Assembly (NCBI GenBank): GCA_965222075.1
Contig: OZ244937.1
Coordinates: 2,848,001-2,912,000 of the forward strand
Source: Candidatus Latescibacterota bacterium
GTDB lineage: Bacteria > Latescibacterota > UBA2968 > GCA-2709665
DNA length: 64,000 nt
Direction: 5' to 3'
A program made the position numbers and the translations under genes. The notes beneath the pieces were generated by a model. That model saw nothing but the letters and a program-made list of their open reading frames with translations, made no database searches and was not told the DNA's origin. Of this stretch, positions 50,225 to 59,426 are shown piece by piece; position 1 is the first letter of the stretch; each line of letters opens with the position of its first letter.

Positions 50225-52210
50225 ATGAGCCAACCCGACGCAACGCTGCCCTCCTCCGCCCATCCCGCAGAGGAACGCCTTGAAACCAGGCTGCGGAAAA
50301 CAGCCCTGTTGTGGATTGCCCTGGCGCTGGTCTTTACCTGTATCGTCCCCACCTACTTAGAGTTCAAATCCCGGTCCGCGCACATGGCAATGTCCAACCT
50401 GCCGCTGGCCGTGCTGCTCCCCTTTGTCATCTGGCTGCTGGTCAACACCCTGCTCAAACGCCTCTTCCCCCGCTTCTCGCTCTCTACAGTCGAACTGCGC
50501 GTTATGCTCTGCGCGCTCTGGGTGGGCGCCTCTTTTGCCGGGTACAACTGGGTGACTCAGTGGGTAGGCTCTATGGCCGCGCCCCGCTACTTTGCCTCTC
50601 CCGAGAACCGGTGGAAGGAACTGATCTTCGACCACCTGCCCTGGTGGATGTACCCCTCGAACTTTCCCGGCGTGGTCGAGGGGTTCCACCTTGGCCTGGG
50701 CGAAGGAAAGGCCCTGCCCTGGGGCGCGTGGATCGGGCCGATCTTCTGGGCCGGATCTGCGGCGGTGGCCATGACGGCCATCGCCTTAGGGCTGACCGCC
50801 ATCTTCCAGAAACAGTGGGCCCAGCACGAGCGGCTCACCTTCCCCTTAGCGAAGGTCTCTTTAGAACTGACCGACGGGTTCGACCGTCGCCCGGGCTGGG
50901 CGCCCTTTGTGCGCAACCGGCTCTTCTGGGTTGGGTTCGCAATCGCGGCCATCCCCATCCTCTGGAACATCATCGAATACTGGGTGCCCGGGCTCCCCCG
51001 GCTGGCCATCTTCGACACCTTAGGCAGAAGGCGAACCCCACCGCCCCGCTACCTGCCCTGGGGCCTCTCCTACCGGCTGCTGCCCACGGTCATAGGGTTC
51101 ACCTTTCTGTGCGACCTGAACATCCTCTTCAGCCTCTGGTCCCTCCACTTAGCAGGGCAAATCGCCCTCTACTGGATGAACCGGGTCGGATTCTCGCTGG
51201 GGTTAACCGGGCAGGAGGCAAAACCGATGGAAATCGTGGGGATCTTCGGAGACGGGGTCATGATCGGGCTGGTGGTCTGGGCCGTCTGGGTGGCCAGGGG
51301 GCACCTGAAGCGGGTCGCCGAACAGATCCGCCGGCCCGTAGACCGCAGCGCCTCTGCAACCGCCATCCTGTCCGCTCGCGGGTCGGTCGCAGTGTTTCTT
51401 TCAGGCCTGCTCTACATGGTCTTCTGGCTGCACGCCTCTGGATATAGTCTGATCGTGGCAGCCGTCTGGCTGACGTTGTTCTGGGCCAGCCTCTTTGCAG
51501 CCATGAAATACTTAGCGGCCAGCGGATTCGCCTACCTGTGGCCGCACTGGTCCAGACAAATCCCGGAGATCTGGGCGGGGGCAAGCAGGATGTCGGACAC
51601 AACGCGGGTCGCAATCAGAGTCATTAGCTGGCGCGTGTTATCCGGCTGGCGCCTCCCCGTCGCACTCCCCCACGTGGTCAAACTGGTCGGACCCAAATCG
51701 CAGACCGGCTGGGTGATCCTGGGCAGCGTACTGGTCGGCGTGCTCTCGGCGACGCTCTACACCATCTGGCTCTGCTACATGGAAGGCGGAAGCTCCTTCC
51801 GGACCTGGTCCCTCGTTGGCGCACCCCGGGGTCTCTACAACGGTATGGCCACCGAAATCGCAAAAACAGACCTCTCCGTCACCGATTCCGCCAAGATCGC
51901 CGTCTGGATTCTGGGGGGACTCGCAGCCGCCCTCATCACCGCCCTGCAGGCCCGGTTTCCCTGGTGGCCCTTCCACCCCTTAGGTCTGTTGGTGATGTTC
52001 CAGTGGTACGTGAACATCTACTTCTTAGACATCTTCTTAGTCTGGCTCATTAAACTGGTCGTCCTCAAATTCGGCGGCATCGCTCTCTACCGCCGCGCCA
52101 GACCCGCCGCCTACGGCCTGATCGTCGGCTACGTCACTGCCGTGGGCTGCTCCTTCGTAGTCGACCTCATCTGGTTTCCCGGAGGGGGGCACTACGTCCA
52201 TGGGTATTAA
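50225..52210 (+). CDS. Polytopic membrane protein (DUF6785/DUF6784-like putative transporter)
   Basis: Many TM segments; KQWAQHERLTFPL, WWPFHPLG. Confidence 0.7.
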   Translation: MSQPDATLPSSAHPAEERLETRLRKTALLWIALALVFTCIVPTYLEFKSRSAHMAMSNLPLAVLLPFVIWLLVNTLLKRLFPRFSLSTVELRVMLCALWVGASFAGYNWVTQWVGSMAAPRYFASPENRWKELIFDHLPWWMYPSNFPGVVEGFHLGLGEGKALPWGAWIGPIFWAGSAAVAMTAIALGLTAIFQKQWAQHERLTFPLAKVSLELTDGFDRRPGWAPFVRNRLFWVGFAIAAIPILWNIIEYWVPGLPRLAIFDTLGRRRTPPPRYLPWGLSYRLLPTVIGFTFLCDLNILFSLWSLHLAGQIALYWMNRVGFSLGLTGQEAKPMEIVGIFGDGVMIGLVVWAVWVARGHLKRVAEQIRRPVDRSASATAILSARGSVAVFLSGLLYMVFWLHASGYSLIVAAVWLTLFWASLFAAMKYLAASGFAYLWPHWSRQIPEIWAGASRMSDTTRVAIRVISWRVLSGWRLPVALPHVVKLVGPKSQTGWVILGSVLVGVLSATLYTIWLCYMEGGSSFRTWSLVGAPRGLYNGMATEIAKTDLSVTDSAKIAVWILGGLAAALITALQARFPWWPFHPLGLLVMFQWYVNIYFLDIFLVWLIKLVVLKFGGIALYRRARPAAYGLIVGYVTAVGCSFVVDLIWFPGGGHYVHGY

Positions 52211-52212
52211 AC

Positions 52213-52237
52213 AGGGCGCACCGCAATGCGCCCCTAC
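52213..52237 (-). repeat. GTAG-type REP palindrome
   Basis: GTAGGGGCGCATTGCGGTGCGCCCT; its TAG is the hydrolase stop codon. Confidence 0.65.
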
Positions 52238-53256
52238 TGCCGCGTCCGGCCGATGCTTCCCCCCGTATAGACCACATCCACCAGGCGCCCTTCCCCATCC
52301 AGCTTTACCAGCAGCGAAAAATTCCGCCGCATCATAAATTCCGGGTTGTGGTCCACCGCTGCCTCCAGCGCCAGAGCGCCGAGCCAGCCCAGGCCGTCGG
52401 GCCGGATCATAAACCGCAGGTCCCGCACCAGCAATTCCTCCGCATCGCCTTCCGGAGCTTCAGTCACCACCGGAAACCGCGCAAACCACCGGTAGATTCG
52501 TCCGTCTCGCCGCGCCCACAGGTCCGACAGCCGGGGGTCTGAAAGCGCAGACGCATAGGTCTCCACCGCATCCCCGGCGCCTGCAAACAGGGAAACGGGC
52601 ACATCGTACCATTGTCCCTCGCTGAGCACGATCCCCCGCCTGTGCAGCGGCGAGAAGGGCAGCGGCACCGCTGCCGCCCTCTCCACCGCCAACCCTTTCT
52701 CCCCCGCCCACCGGTCCAGGTGCAGCAGAGACACACGGGTAACCGCTATGTTCAGCCCCATATACATCGCCAGTACGATTGCACCCAGGCGGTACCCCCT
52801 GGCGCGGTCGCGCAGCTTGCCCCACCCAAACAGCAGTCCCCCGATCAAAATCAAATCCAGATACGGATCGATAATAAACAGAACGTCGAAACAGGCCCGG
52901 TAATTCGAAAACGGCGTAAAAACCATAGTCCCGTAAGACGTCACCAGATCGAATAGAATATGCAGCAGCAGCCCGAAGAGGCTGACCGCATAAACCTTTT
53001 GGAAAGGCACGTTCCGAAGCCCCATCCGGCGCGCAACCCAGGCAACTGCGAACGCCCCCAGAGCTGCGCCCAGCAGGGAGTGCGTCACCCCCCGGTGTGT
53101 CTGGAGGCCCTCCAGCGCATCTGAAGACAGAAACACATCCACATCGGGCAGCATGCTGGTCACCGTAACCAGATTCACCAGCCCCCGTCCACCCGCATCG
53201 GGCCAGATCGACCGGGCCACCAGCCGCCCGATCAGACCGTGCGTCGGTGTATCCAA
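52234..53256 (-). CDS. Membrane-bound metal-dependent hydrolase (YdjM/DUF457-like)
   Basis: MDTPTHGL, LPDVD, HRGVTHS, HILFDLVTSYGT, LFIIDP. Confidence 0.85.
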   Translation of the reverse strand: MDTPTHGLIGRLVARSIWPDAGGRGLVNLVTVTSMLPDVDVFLSSDALEGLQTHRGVTHSLLGAALGAFAVAWVARRMGLRNVPFQKVYAVSLFGLLLHILFDLVTSYGTMVFTPFSNYRACFDVLFIIDPYLDLILIGGLLFGWGKLRDRARGYRLGAIVLAMYMGLNIAVTRVSLLHLDRWAGEKGLAVERAAAVPLPFSPLHRRGIVLSEGQWYDVPVSLFAGAGDAVETYASALSDPRLSDLWARRDGRIYRWFARFPVVTEAPEGDAEELLVRDLRFMIRPDGLGWLGALALEAAVDHNPEFMMRRNFSLLVKLDGEGRLVDVVYTGGSIGRTRQ

Positions 53257-53409
53257 TGGATGCCTCCTGAATCAGCGAATCGAGGAATATTCACCCCAGA
53301 GACCCGGAGAACGCGGAGAAAAACCATTTGAATATACCCCGAAAAGTGCAACCGAATCAAGCCCCACCTGAAACACCGCTTGACAACCCGCGCTCCCCGG
53401 ATGTAACAT

Positions 53410-53551
53410 ACCGGGGATACTGTGAAGGGCACGGCACGGTATTTTGGCAAATTAAACTCAATTAATTACTTTTAAAAAGTAATTAATTGAGCCAAAACCA
53501 GAATTTTGGGTTTCTGATATCCGTGCCGGCGGCGTACAGAAATCGCCCGGT
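53410..53551 (+). ncRNA. Candidate structured RNA/leader containing a perfect AT-rich 17-bp inverted repeat
   Basis: Nested pairings; CTCAATTAATTACTTTT-A-AAAAGTAATTAATTGAG at 53457-53491; TTGACA-18-TAACAT at 53380-53409. Confidence 0.4.
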
Positions 53552-53610
53552 TGCGCTGGAAGCACAGGGCCTGATCGCGGTCGAAGCTCTCAATCAAAGG
53601 AGAATTTCCG

Positions 53611-54249
53611 TTGATCTTCAAATCTTTGGTCGTCGGCCAGTTCCAGGTCAACTGCTTCATCCTCGCATGCGAAAAAACCCGGCAGGGCATCGTCATCGAT
53701 CCCGGCGACGACGCCCTCGCCATCCTCGACCTCATCCGGGAAGATGACATTCGGGTCGTGGAGGTCGTGGCCACCCACGGGCACTTCGACCACATCGGCC
53801 GGGTCACCTCCATCGTCGAAAAGACCGGCGCCCCTTTTGCCGTCCACAAAGACGACCTCTCAAGGGTCGAATGCCTGTCCGACATCGCCGCCCTCTTCGG
53901 CCTGGAAGCCGATCCCCCACCCCGCGTCGACCGCTTCCTTGCCGAGGGCGACACCGTCCGATTTGGAGAGGAGACCCTTCGGGTGCTCCACGTCCCCGGC
54001 CACGCCCCCGGAAACATCGCCCTGGTCTGGCCCGGCCATGCGGTTGTGGGCGATTCCCTCTTTGCCGGCTCGATCGGGCGCACTGACTTAGAGGACGGAG
54101 ACCTGCGGCTCCTCTTGCAGTCCATCCGGGAAAAACTCCTCTCCCTGGACGACGAGACCCAGATCTACCCCGGACACGGCCCCTTCACGACCATCGGCGC
54201 AGAGCGGAGGGCGAATCCCTTTCTTGCGGGAGGAGCAACTCTATCGTAA
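53611..54249 (+). CDS. MBL-fold metallo-hydrolase (glyoxalase II/YcbL-like)
   Basis: THGHFDHIG, PGHAPG, GDSLFAGSIGRTD, YPGHG. TTG start after AAGGAG. Confidence 0.9.
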   Translation: MIFKSLVVGQFQVNCFILACEKTRQGIVIDPGDDALAILDLIREDDIRVVEVVATHGHFDHIGRVTSIVEKTGAPFAVHKDDLSRVECLSDIAALFGLEADPPPRVDRFLAEGDTVRFGEETLRVLHVPGHAPGNIALVWPGHAVVGDSLFAGSIGRTDLEDGDLRLLLQSIREKLLSLDDETQIYPGHGPFTTIGAERRANPFLAGGATLS

Positions 54250-54288
54250 ATTTTGGATACGCCCTAAAACTTAAGGAGGTGGATCAAT

Positions 54289-54876
54289 ATGGCCTCGCCC
54301 GCAACCCCCGCCGTCCGGAGGATGTCCCTGAGTGAGTTTCTGGCGCTTCCGGAGGACGGGCCCAAGTACGAACTCGAATACGGGGAACTGATCGAAGTGA
54401 CACGGCCGACGTTTGAACACAATGAGCTGCTGGGCATCCTGTTCAGCATCCTGCTGGCCCACATCCGGGCAAACCGCCTGGGTCGGATCAGTATGGACAT
54501 CGTCGTATTGCTGGACGAGGCGGCCGACCTGGCTTTTGCGCCGGACCTCATCTTCGTCTCGGCCGAACACCTCGATTGCATCCGGGGGGGACGCGTGTAC
54601 GGCCCGCCCGACCTGGTCGTGGAGATCCTTTCTCCCTCCACCGCCAGCCGAGACCACCTGACCAAGCTAAGCGCCTACTTTGAAGCCGGGGTGCCCTGGT
54701 ACTGGATCGTGGACCCGGATGTCCCCGGCATCGAAGAGTACCAGGCTACGCCCCACGGCTACCTCCGGACCACCACGGTGAAGGCCGGAGAGCCGTTTCA
54801 GCCCGGCATCTTCCCCAACTTAAAGATCGACCTGAAGGCCCTGACAGAAGGCCCGCAGGCGCAGCAATCTCAATGA
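54289..54876 (+). CDS. Uma2 family PD-(D/E)XK endonuclease
   Basis: YELEYGEL, APDLIFV, PPDLVVEILSPST, KLSAY..GVPWYWIVDP. Confidence 0.9.
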   Translation: MASPATPAVRRMSLSEFLALPEDGPKYELEYGELIEVTRPTFEHNELLGILFSILLAHIRANRLGRISMDIVVLLDEAADLAFAPDLIFVSAEHLDCIRGGRVYGPPDLVVEILSPSTASRDHLTKLSAYFEAGVPWYWIVDPDVPGIEEYQATPHGYLRTTTVKAGEPFQPGIFPNLKIDLKALTEGPQAQQSQ

Positions 54877-54892
54877 AGCAAGGAGGCCCGCC

Positions 54893-56395
54893 TTGGACAT
54901 CTCGGTCACCATCGGAAACATCCTGGAACAGCAGACGGACGGCATTGTCCTCAACCTCTTTGAGGGCGTCGATGCGCCGGGCGGCGCCACCGGCGCGGCC
55001 AACAAGGCCCTCAACGGCGGCATCGGGAGCCTCATTGCCGACGGAGATTTCACCGGAAAATTCAAACAGACCTCCGTCCTCTACCCCCAGAGGGGGATCG
55101 CCGCGAAACGGATCATCCTGGTTGGGTTGGGAAAACAGGAGGAATTCACACTCGACCACGTGCGGCAGGTCTCTGCCGTCGCCGCGCAGCAAGCGCGCAA
55201 ACTCGGCGCCAAAGGCCTGACTACCATCGTCCACGGAGGAGGCGCGGGCGGCCTGCACACCGCAGACGCGGCCCAGGCCGTCGTAGAAGGCACGGTTCTG
55301 GGCACCTACCGCTTCTCGCGCTACAAAACCGGCGACCCGGATGACGCTAACGAACTCGACCGATTGACCCTCGTCGAATTTGACGCCGCCAAACAGGCCG
55401 AGGTCGAACGCGGCGCCCTTATCGGCCGGATCGTCGCCGACGGCGCCTGCCTCGCCCGGGACCTGGTCAGCCACCCCGGAAACGAGATGCCCCCCACGGT
55501 ACTGGCCGAACGCGCCCGGGAAATGGCCGGTGGCGTGGGCCTTTCCTGTGAGGTCTTAGACGAAAACCGCATCGCCGAAGAGGGCATGCGAACCCTCCTG
55601 GCCGTGGCGCAGGGCAGCGCCCAGCCCCCCCGGTTCATCGTCTTAGAACACGACGGGGGCAAAACCGATGACCCGCCGGTCGTCCTCATCGGCAAAGGCA
55701 TCACCTTCGACACCGGCGGCATCTCCATCAAGGGTTCAGAAGGCATGTGGGACATGAAATTCGACATGGGCGGGGCCGCCGCGGTCATCGGCGCCATGCA
55801 GGCCACAGCACGGCTCAACCTGCCCGTGCGCACCGTGGGCCTGGTGGCCGCCTCGGAGAACATGCCCGGCAGTCGCGCCCTCAAACCCGGAGACATCATC
55901 CGCTCCATGCTCGGCAAAACAATCGAAATCCGCAGCACCGATGCCGAAGGCCGCCTGGTGCTCGCCGATGCGGTAACCTATGCGGCCCGCTACAAACCCG
56001 CCGCCGCAATCGACCTGGCCACCCTCACCGGCGCCTGCGTCATCGCCCTGGGGCACGAAGCCAGCGGGTTGATCTCCAACAACGACGGCCTGGCCGACGA
56101 GATCGCCAGGGCCGGAGGGCGCACCGGAGAAATCGCCTGGTGCCTTCCCATCCTCGAAGGCCACCGGGAACAGATCAAAAGCGACATCGCCGACATCAAA
56201 AACACCGGCGGAAGGCCCGCCGGCGCCATCACAGGGGCGGCCTTTATCGAGGCCTTCGTCCAGGACTTCCCCTGGGCCCACTTAGACATCGCCGGCACCG
56301 CCTGGACCGACAAAGACCGCCCCTACATCCCCAAAGGCGGAACCGGGTGGGGCGTCCGCCTCCTGGTCGACTTCCTGAGAAACCGGCCCGTGTAA
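54893..56395 (+). CDS. pepA: Leucyl aminopeptidase (M17)
   Basis: GKGITFDTGG, MKFDMGGAAAV, STDAEGRL, DLATLTGA, WAHLDIAG. Confidence 0.95.
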   Translation: MDISVTIGNILEQQTDGIVLNLFEGVDAPGGATGAANKALNGGIGSLIADGDFTGKFKQTSVLYPQRGIAAKRIILVGLGKQEEFTLDHVRQVSAVAAQQARKLGAKGLTTIVHGGGAGGLHTADAAQAVVEGTVLGTYRFSRYKTGDPDDANELDRLTLVEFDAAKQAEVERGALIGRIVADGACLARDLVSHPGNEMPPTVLAERAREMAGGVGLSCEVLDENRIAEEGMRTLLAVAQGSAQPPRFIVLEHDGGKTDDPPVVLIGKGITFDTGGISIKGSEGMWDMKFDMGGAAAVIGAMQATARLNLPVRTVGLVAASENMPGSRALKPGDIIRSMLGKTIEIRSTDAEGRLVLADAVTYAARYKPAAAIDLATLTGACVIALGHEASGLISNNDGLADEIARAGGRTGEIAWCLPILEGHREQIKSDIADIKNTGGRPAGAITGAAFIEAFVQDFPWAHLDIAGTAWTDKDRPYIPKGGTGWGVRLLVDFLRNRPV

Positions 56396-56438
56396 CCATC
56401 TGACCTGCTATCGCCTTAAAAGGGCGCTGCCGACCGGC

Positions 56439-56981
56439 TCACTCGCCAATTTGGAAATCCAGACCCACGATTACGGTGATCTCGTTTTTGGAACTGGCGG
56501 TGCCGAACTCGAGGTCGAACGGGTCTCTGGCTTCGTCGACCAACGACACGAACCACCGGGCCTGCGTAAAGATGCCGACCTGCTCGGTCACCCCAAAGGA
56601 GAACCCGCCTGCCGCCGTCATCATCAGGTCGTTGGACGAGTCCGACACATTCGGCTGGCCCAGCACCGACCCCCGGCGAAGCAGGAACCCTATCCCCGCC
56701 CCGAAGTAAATGTTCCCACCCTGCTCGCTTAAGGGGGCTTTGTACAACAGGGACACCCCGGTGGGCATCCCCTTTTCACCGTCCTTTTCATACAACTCGA
56801 AAAAGGGTGCCAGAGAAAGCGGATAGTCATCGCTGATCGGAATCTCAAACGAGACGTGGCCCCCCCACCGGCTCGGGTCCACGATCAGCCCCCCACCCGC
56901 TTTGATCCCCACCCCCCCAGCAAAAGCCGGAGCCGCTGCCAGAAACAAACATACAGGAACAACCCAGATGAGCTGTCTCAC
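56439..56981 (-). CDS. Outer-membrane beta-barrel protein
   Basis: Signal peptide ending AFA; alternating beta strands (YFGAGIG, IVGLDFQI); SD AAGGAGG. Confidence 0.7.
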   Translation of the reverse strand: MRQLIWVVPVCLFLAAAPAFAGGVGIKAGGGLIVDPSRWGGHVSFEIPISDDYPLSLAPFFELYEKDGEKGMPTGVSLLYKAPLSEQGGNIYFGAGIGFLLRRGSVLGQPNVSDSSNDLMMTAAGGFSFGVTEQVGIFTQARWFVSLVDEARDPFDLEFGTASSKNEITVIVGLDFQIGE

Positions 56982-57139
56982 TTTACCCTCCTTACAGTTG
57001 TGAGGAAACGGCGTTCTTCCCATCCAGCAGACCCCGGCCCCCGCTGCCTATCCGAACTGCCCTATGATAACCAATTCCCATCCCTGTAACAACTGATTTG
57101 TTGATCGAAAGGGCCGGATACCTTATATTATATACCGGT

Positions 57140-58429
57140 ATGCCCTCACCCCCCCCTTCCCCCCTCTACCCCGCCCGCTGCGCCCGCACCCACCGGATTG
57201 CAGACCTCCAGCCTGGAGCACGGGCCACGCTGGCAGGGCGGCTCATCCATCTTGTTGCGGGCAAACAGGGCCACCTCGCCGATGAGACCGGCGGTGTGGA
57301 CGTCTGTTTTGTTTCTCCCCCAAAGACGGCGCGCCCCGGAGACATCGTCGAACTCGACGGCGCCTGGACGCCCCCCATGTTCTCTGCCTCAGCCCTCCGG
57401 GTGCTGGCCCCCACCCTGCGCCACCCGCCCCCACCGCCTTCCCCCCAGGTCCGGGAAAACCTCCGGGTCCGAGCACGCGTCCTCTCCACCATCCGGCACA
57501 CCCTCAATGCCGCGGGCTTTTTAGAGGTCGAAACCCCCCTCCTCGTCCACTGCGCCAGCATGGAGCCCCACCTGACCGCCTTTGAAACGGCCTACACAGA
57601 GGGTGGAAAAACACGCCGGCTCTACCTGCCCACCTCCCCCGAATACGCCATGAAACGCCTCCTGGCCGCCGGATTCGAACGGATCTTCCAGATCAGCAAG
57701 GCCTTTCGGAACGGAGAGGTGGGCCCCATGCACAACCCCGAATTCACCATCCTGGAGTGGTACCGGGCCTACGCAGACTACGAGGCCATCATGGCCGATG
57801 CGGAAACCCTTATCCACCGGCTCGTCTGCGACATCACCGGAGGCCCCCTCCTCCACTACCAGAGTCGAACCGTCGACGTCACCCCTCCCTGGGAGCGCAT
57901 CGGCGTCCGGGAAGCCGTGTCCCGATATGCCGGTGTCGACCTCGACCCTCCAGAGGCGTTTATCCACAAAGCCCGTTCCCGGGGACACACCTCCATCCAT
58001 CCCGACGACCCCTACGACGTCGCCTTCTTCAAAGTCTTCCTGGATGCCGTAGAGGCCCACCTCGGCCGTACGCGGCCCACCTTCCTCGTCGACTACCCCG
58101 CGTCTATGGCGGCCCTGGCCAAGCGAAAACCCGACTGCCCCGACCTGGCCGAACGCTTTGAGATCTACATCGGAGGCGTGGAACTCGCCAACGCCTTCAC
58201 CGAACTCAACGACCCTCACGAACAGCGCGCCCGCCTGGAGGCCGAAGCCGCGGCCCGGCGTGCCGAACACAACCCGGTCTACCCCATAGACGAGCAATTT
58301 CTCGCCGCCTTAGAAGCGGGCATCCCCCCCGCCGGCGGCATCGCCCTGGGCGTAGACCGGCTCGTCATGCTCCTCACCGGCGCGGCAACCATACGCGAGG
58401 TCATCGCCTTTCCATTTCCGGAATTGTAG
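57140..58429 (+). CDS. epmA: EF-P lysine aminoacylase with N-terminal OB-fold-like extension
   Basis: LYLPTSPEYAMKRLLAAG, FRNGE..HNPEFTILEWYR, ERFEIYIGGVELANAFTEL, GIALGVDRL. Confidence 0.85.
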   Translation: MPSPPPSPLYPARCARTHRIADLQPGARATLAGRLIHLVAGKQGHLADETGGVDVCFVSPPKTARPGDIVELDGAWTPPMFSASALRVLAPTLRHPPPPPSPQVRENLRVRARVLSTIRHTLNAAGFLEVETPLLVHCASMEPHLTAFETAYTEGGKTRRLYLPTSPEYAMKRLLAAGFERIFQISKAFRNGEVGPMHNPEFTILEWYRAYADYEAIMADAETLIHRLVCDITGGPLLHYQSRTVDVTPPWERIGVREAVSRYAGVDLDPPEAFIHKARSRGHTSIHPDDPYDVAFFKVFLDAVEAHLGRTRPTFLVDYPASMAALAKRKPDCPDLAERFEIYIGGVELANAFTELNDPHEQRARLEAEAAARRAEHNPVYPIDEQFLAALEAGIPPAGGIALGVDRLVMLLTGAATIREVIAFPFPEL

Positions 58430-58467
58430 GAGGCCGGACATTCAGACAGGCGTTTTTGTCATCCATC

Positions 58468-58495
58468 GTAGGGGCGAGGCATGCCGTGTCCCTAC
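58468..58495 (+). repeat. GTAG-type REP palindrome
   Basis: GTAGGGGCGAGGCATGCCGTGTCCCTAC; shares CCATCGTAGGGGCG with the copy at 27453. Confidence 0.7.
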
Positions 58496-58520
58496 AGTCC
58501 TTTCACCAAAGGAGCACGCC

Positions 58521-59284
58521 ATGGGTTATCTCGACGGAAAAGTCGCCCTCATCACCGGCGGCGGCACAGGCATCGGTCGGGCAACCGCCCTCCTCTTCGC
58601 CGGGGAAGGCGCAGATGTCGCCGTCAACTACTCCCGTTCCCAAACCGAGGCCGAAACCACTGCCGATGCAATCCGCGCCCTCGGCCGCAGGGCCCTGGCC
58701 GTCTGTGCCGACGTATCCGACGACGCAGCCGTCCACCGCATGGTCGAACAGGTCGTCACGGAACTGGGCAGGCTCGACATCCTGGTCAACAACGCCGGCA
58801 CCACCCAATTCGTCCCCTTAGACGACCTCGAAGGCCTCAGCGACGAGGTCTGGGATGCCATCTTCGACGTCAACGTCAAAGGCACCTCGACGTCAACGTC
58901 AAAGGCACCTTCTGCTGCCGGGCGGCGGTTCCCAAAATAAAATCCACCGGAGGCGGGCACATCGTCAACATCGCATCCATCGCCGGCATCATCGGCCAGG
59001 GCAGTTCCATCGCCTACTGCGCCTCCAAATCCGTTGTCATCAACCTGACCCGCTCGCTGGCCGTCAGTCAGGCACCCGAGGTCTGCGTCAACGCCATCGC
59101 CCCCGGCGTGGTCGACACCCGCTGGGTCGCCGGGCAGGACGCATTCCTCCATACAAACCGCGAGGCAACCCCCCTCAAGCGGGTCGCCACGCCCGAGGAC
59201 ATAGCAAAAGCCGTCTTCGGCCTGGTCATCAACGACTTCATCACCGGACAGACCCTGGTGGTGGACGGCGGTAAGACCCTGTAA
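58521..59284 (+). pseudogene. SDR oxidoreductase frameshifted by a 23-bp tandem duplication
   Basis: TGGGTGIG/NNAG in one frame, YCASK/ITGQTLVVDGG in another; TCGACGTCAACGTCAAAGGCACC twice at 58864-58909. Confidence 0.9.
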
Positions 59285-59349
59285 TGGCGTCCTTCTCCGA
59301 AGCAGGCCCTGCCCGACCAGGTCTACGGTCGGTTCGATCCATACAACAC

Positions 59350-59380
59350 AAAGGCCGCCGCGTTATGCGTCGGCCTTTTA
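59350..59380. terminator. Bidirectional intrinsic terminator
   Basis: AAAGGCCG...CGGCCTTTT between convergent SDR and modC. Confidence 0.7.
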
Positions 59381-59426
59381 TATTCCCCTGCAAACCCGCG
59401 TCAGATCGTGGGGCTGAACAATCGCT

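Noticed and set aside
54289-54876. Uma2 nuclease as a mobile or defence locus
   Set aside because: Common multicopy family; no repeats, methylase or partner visible.
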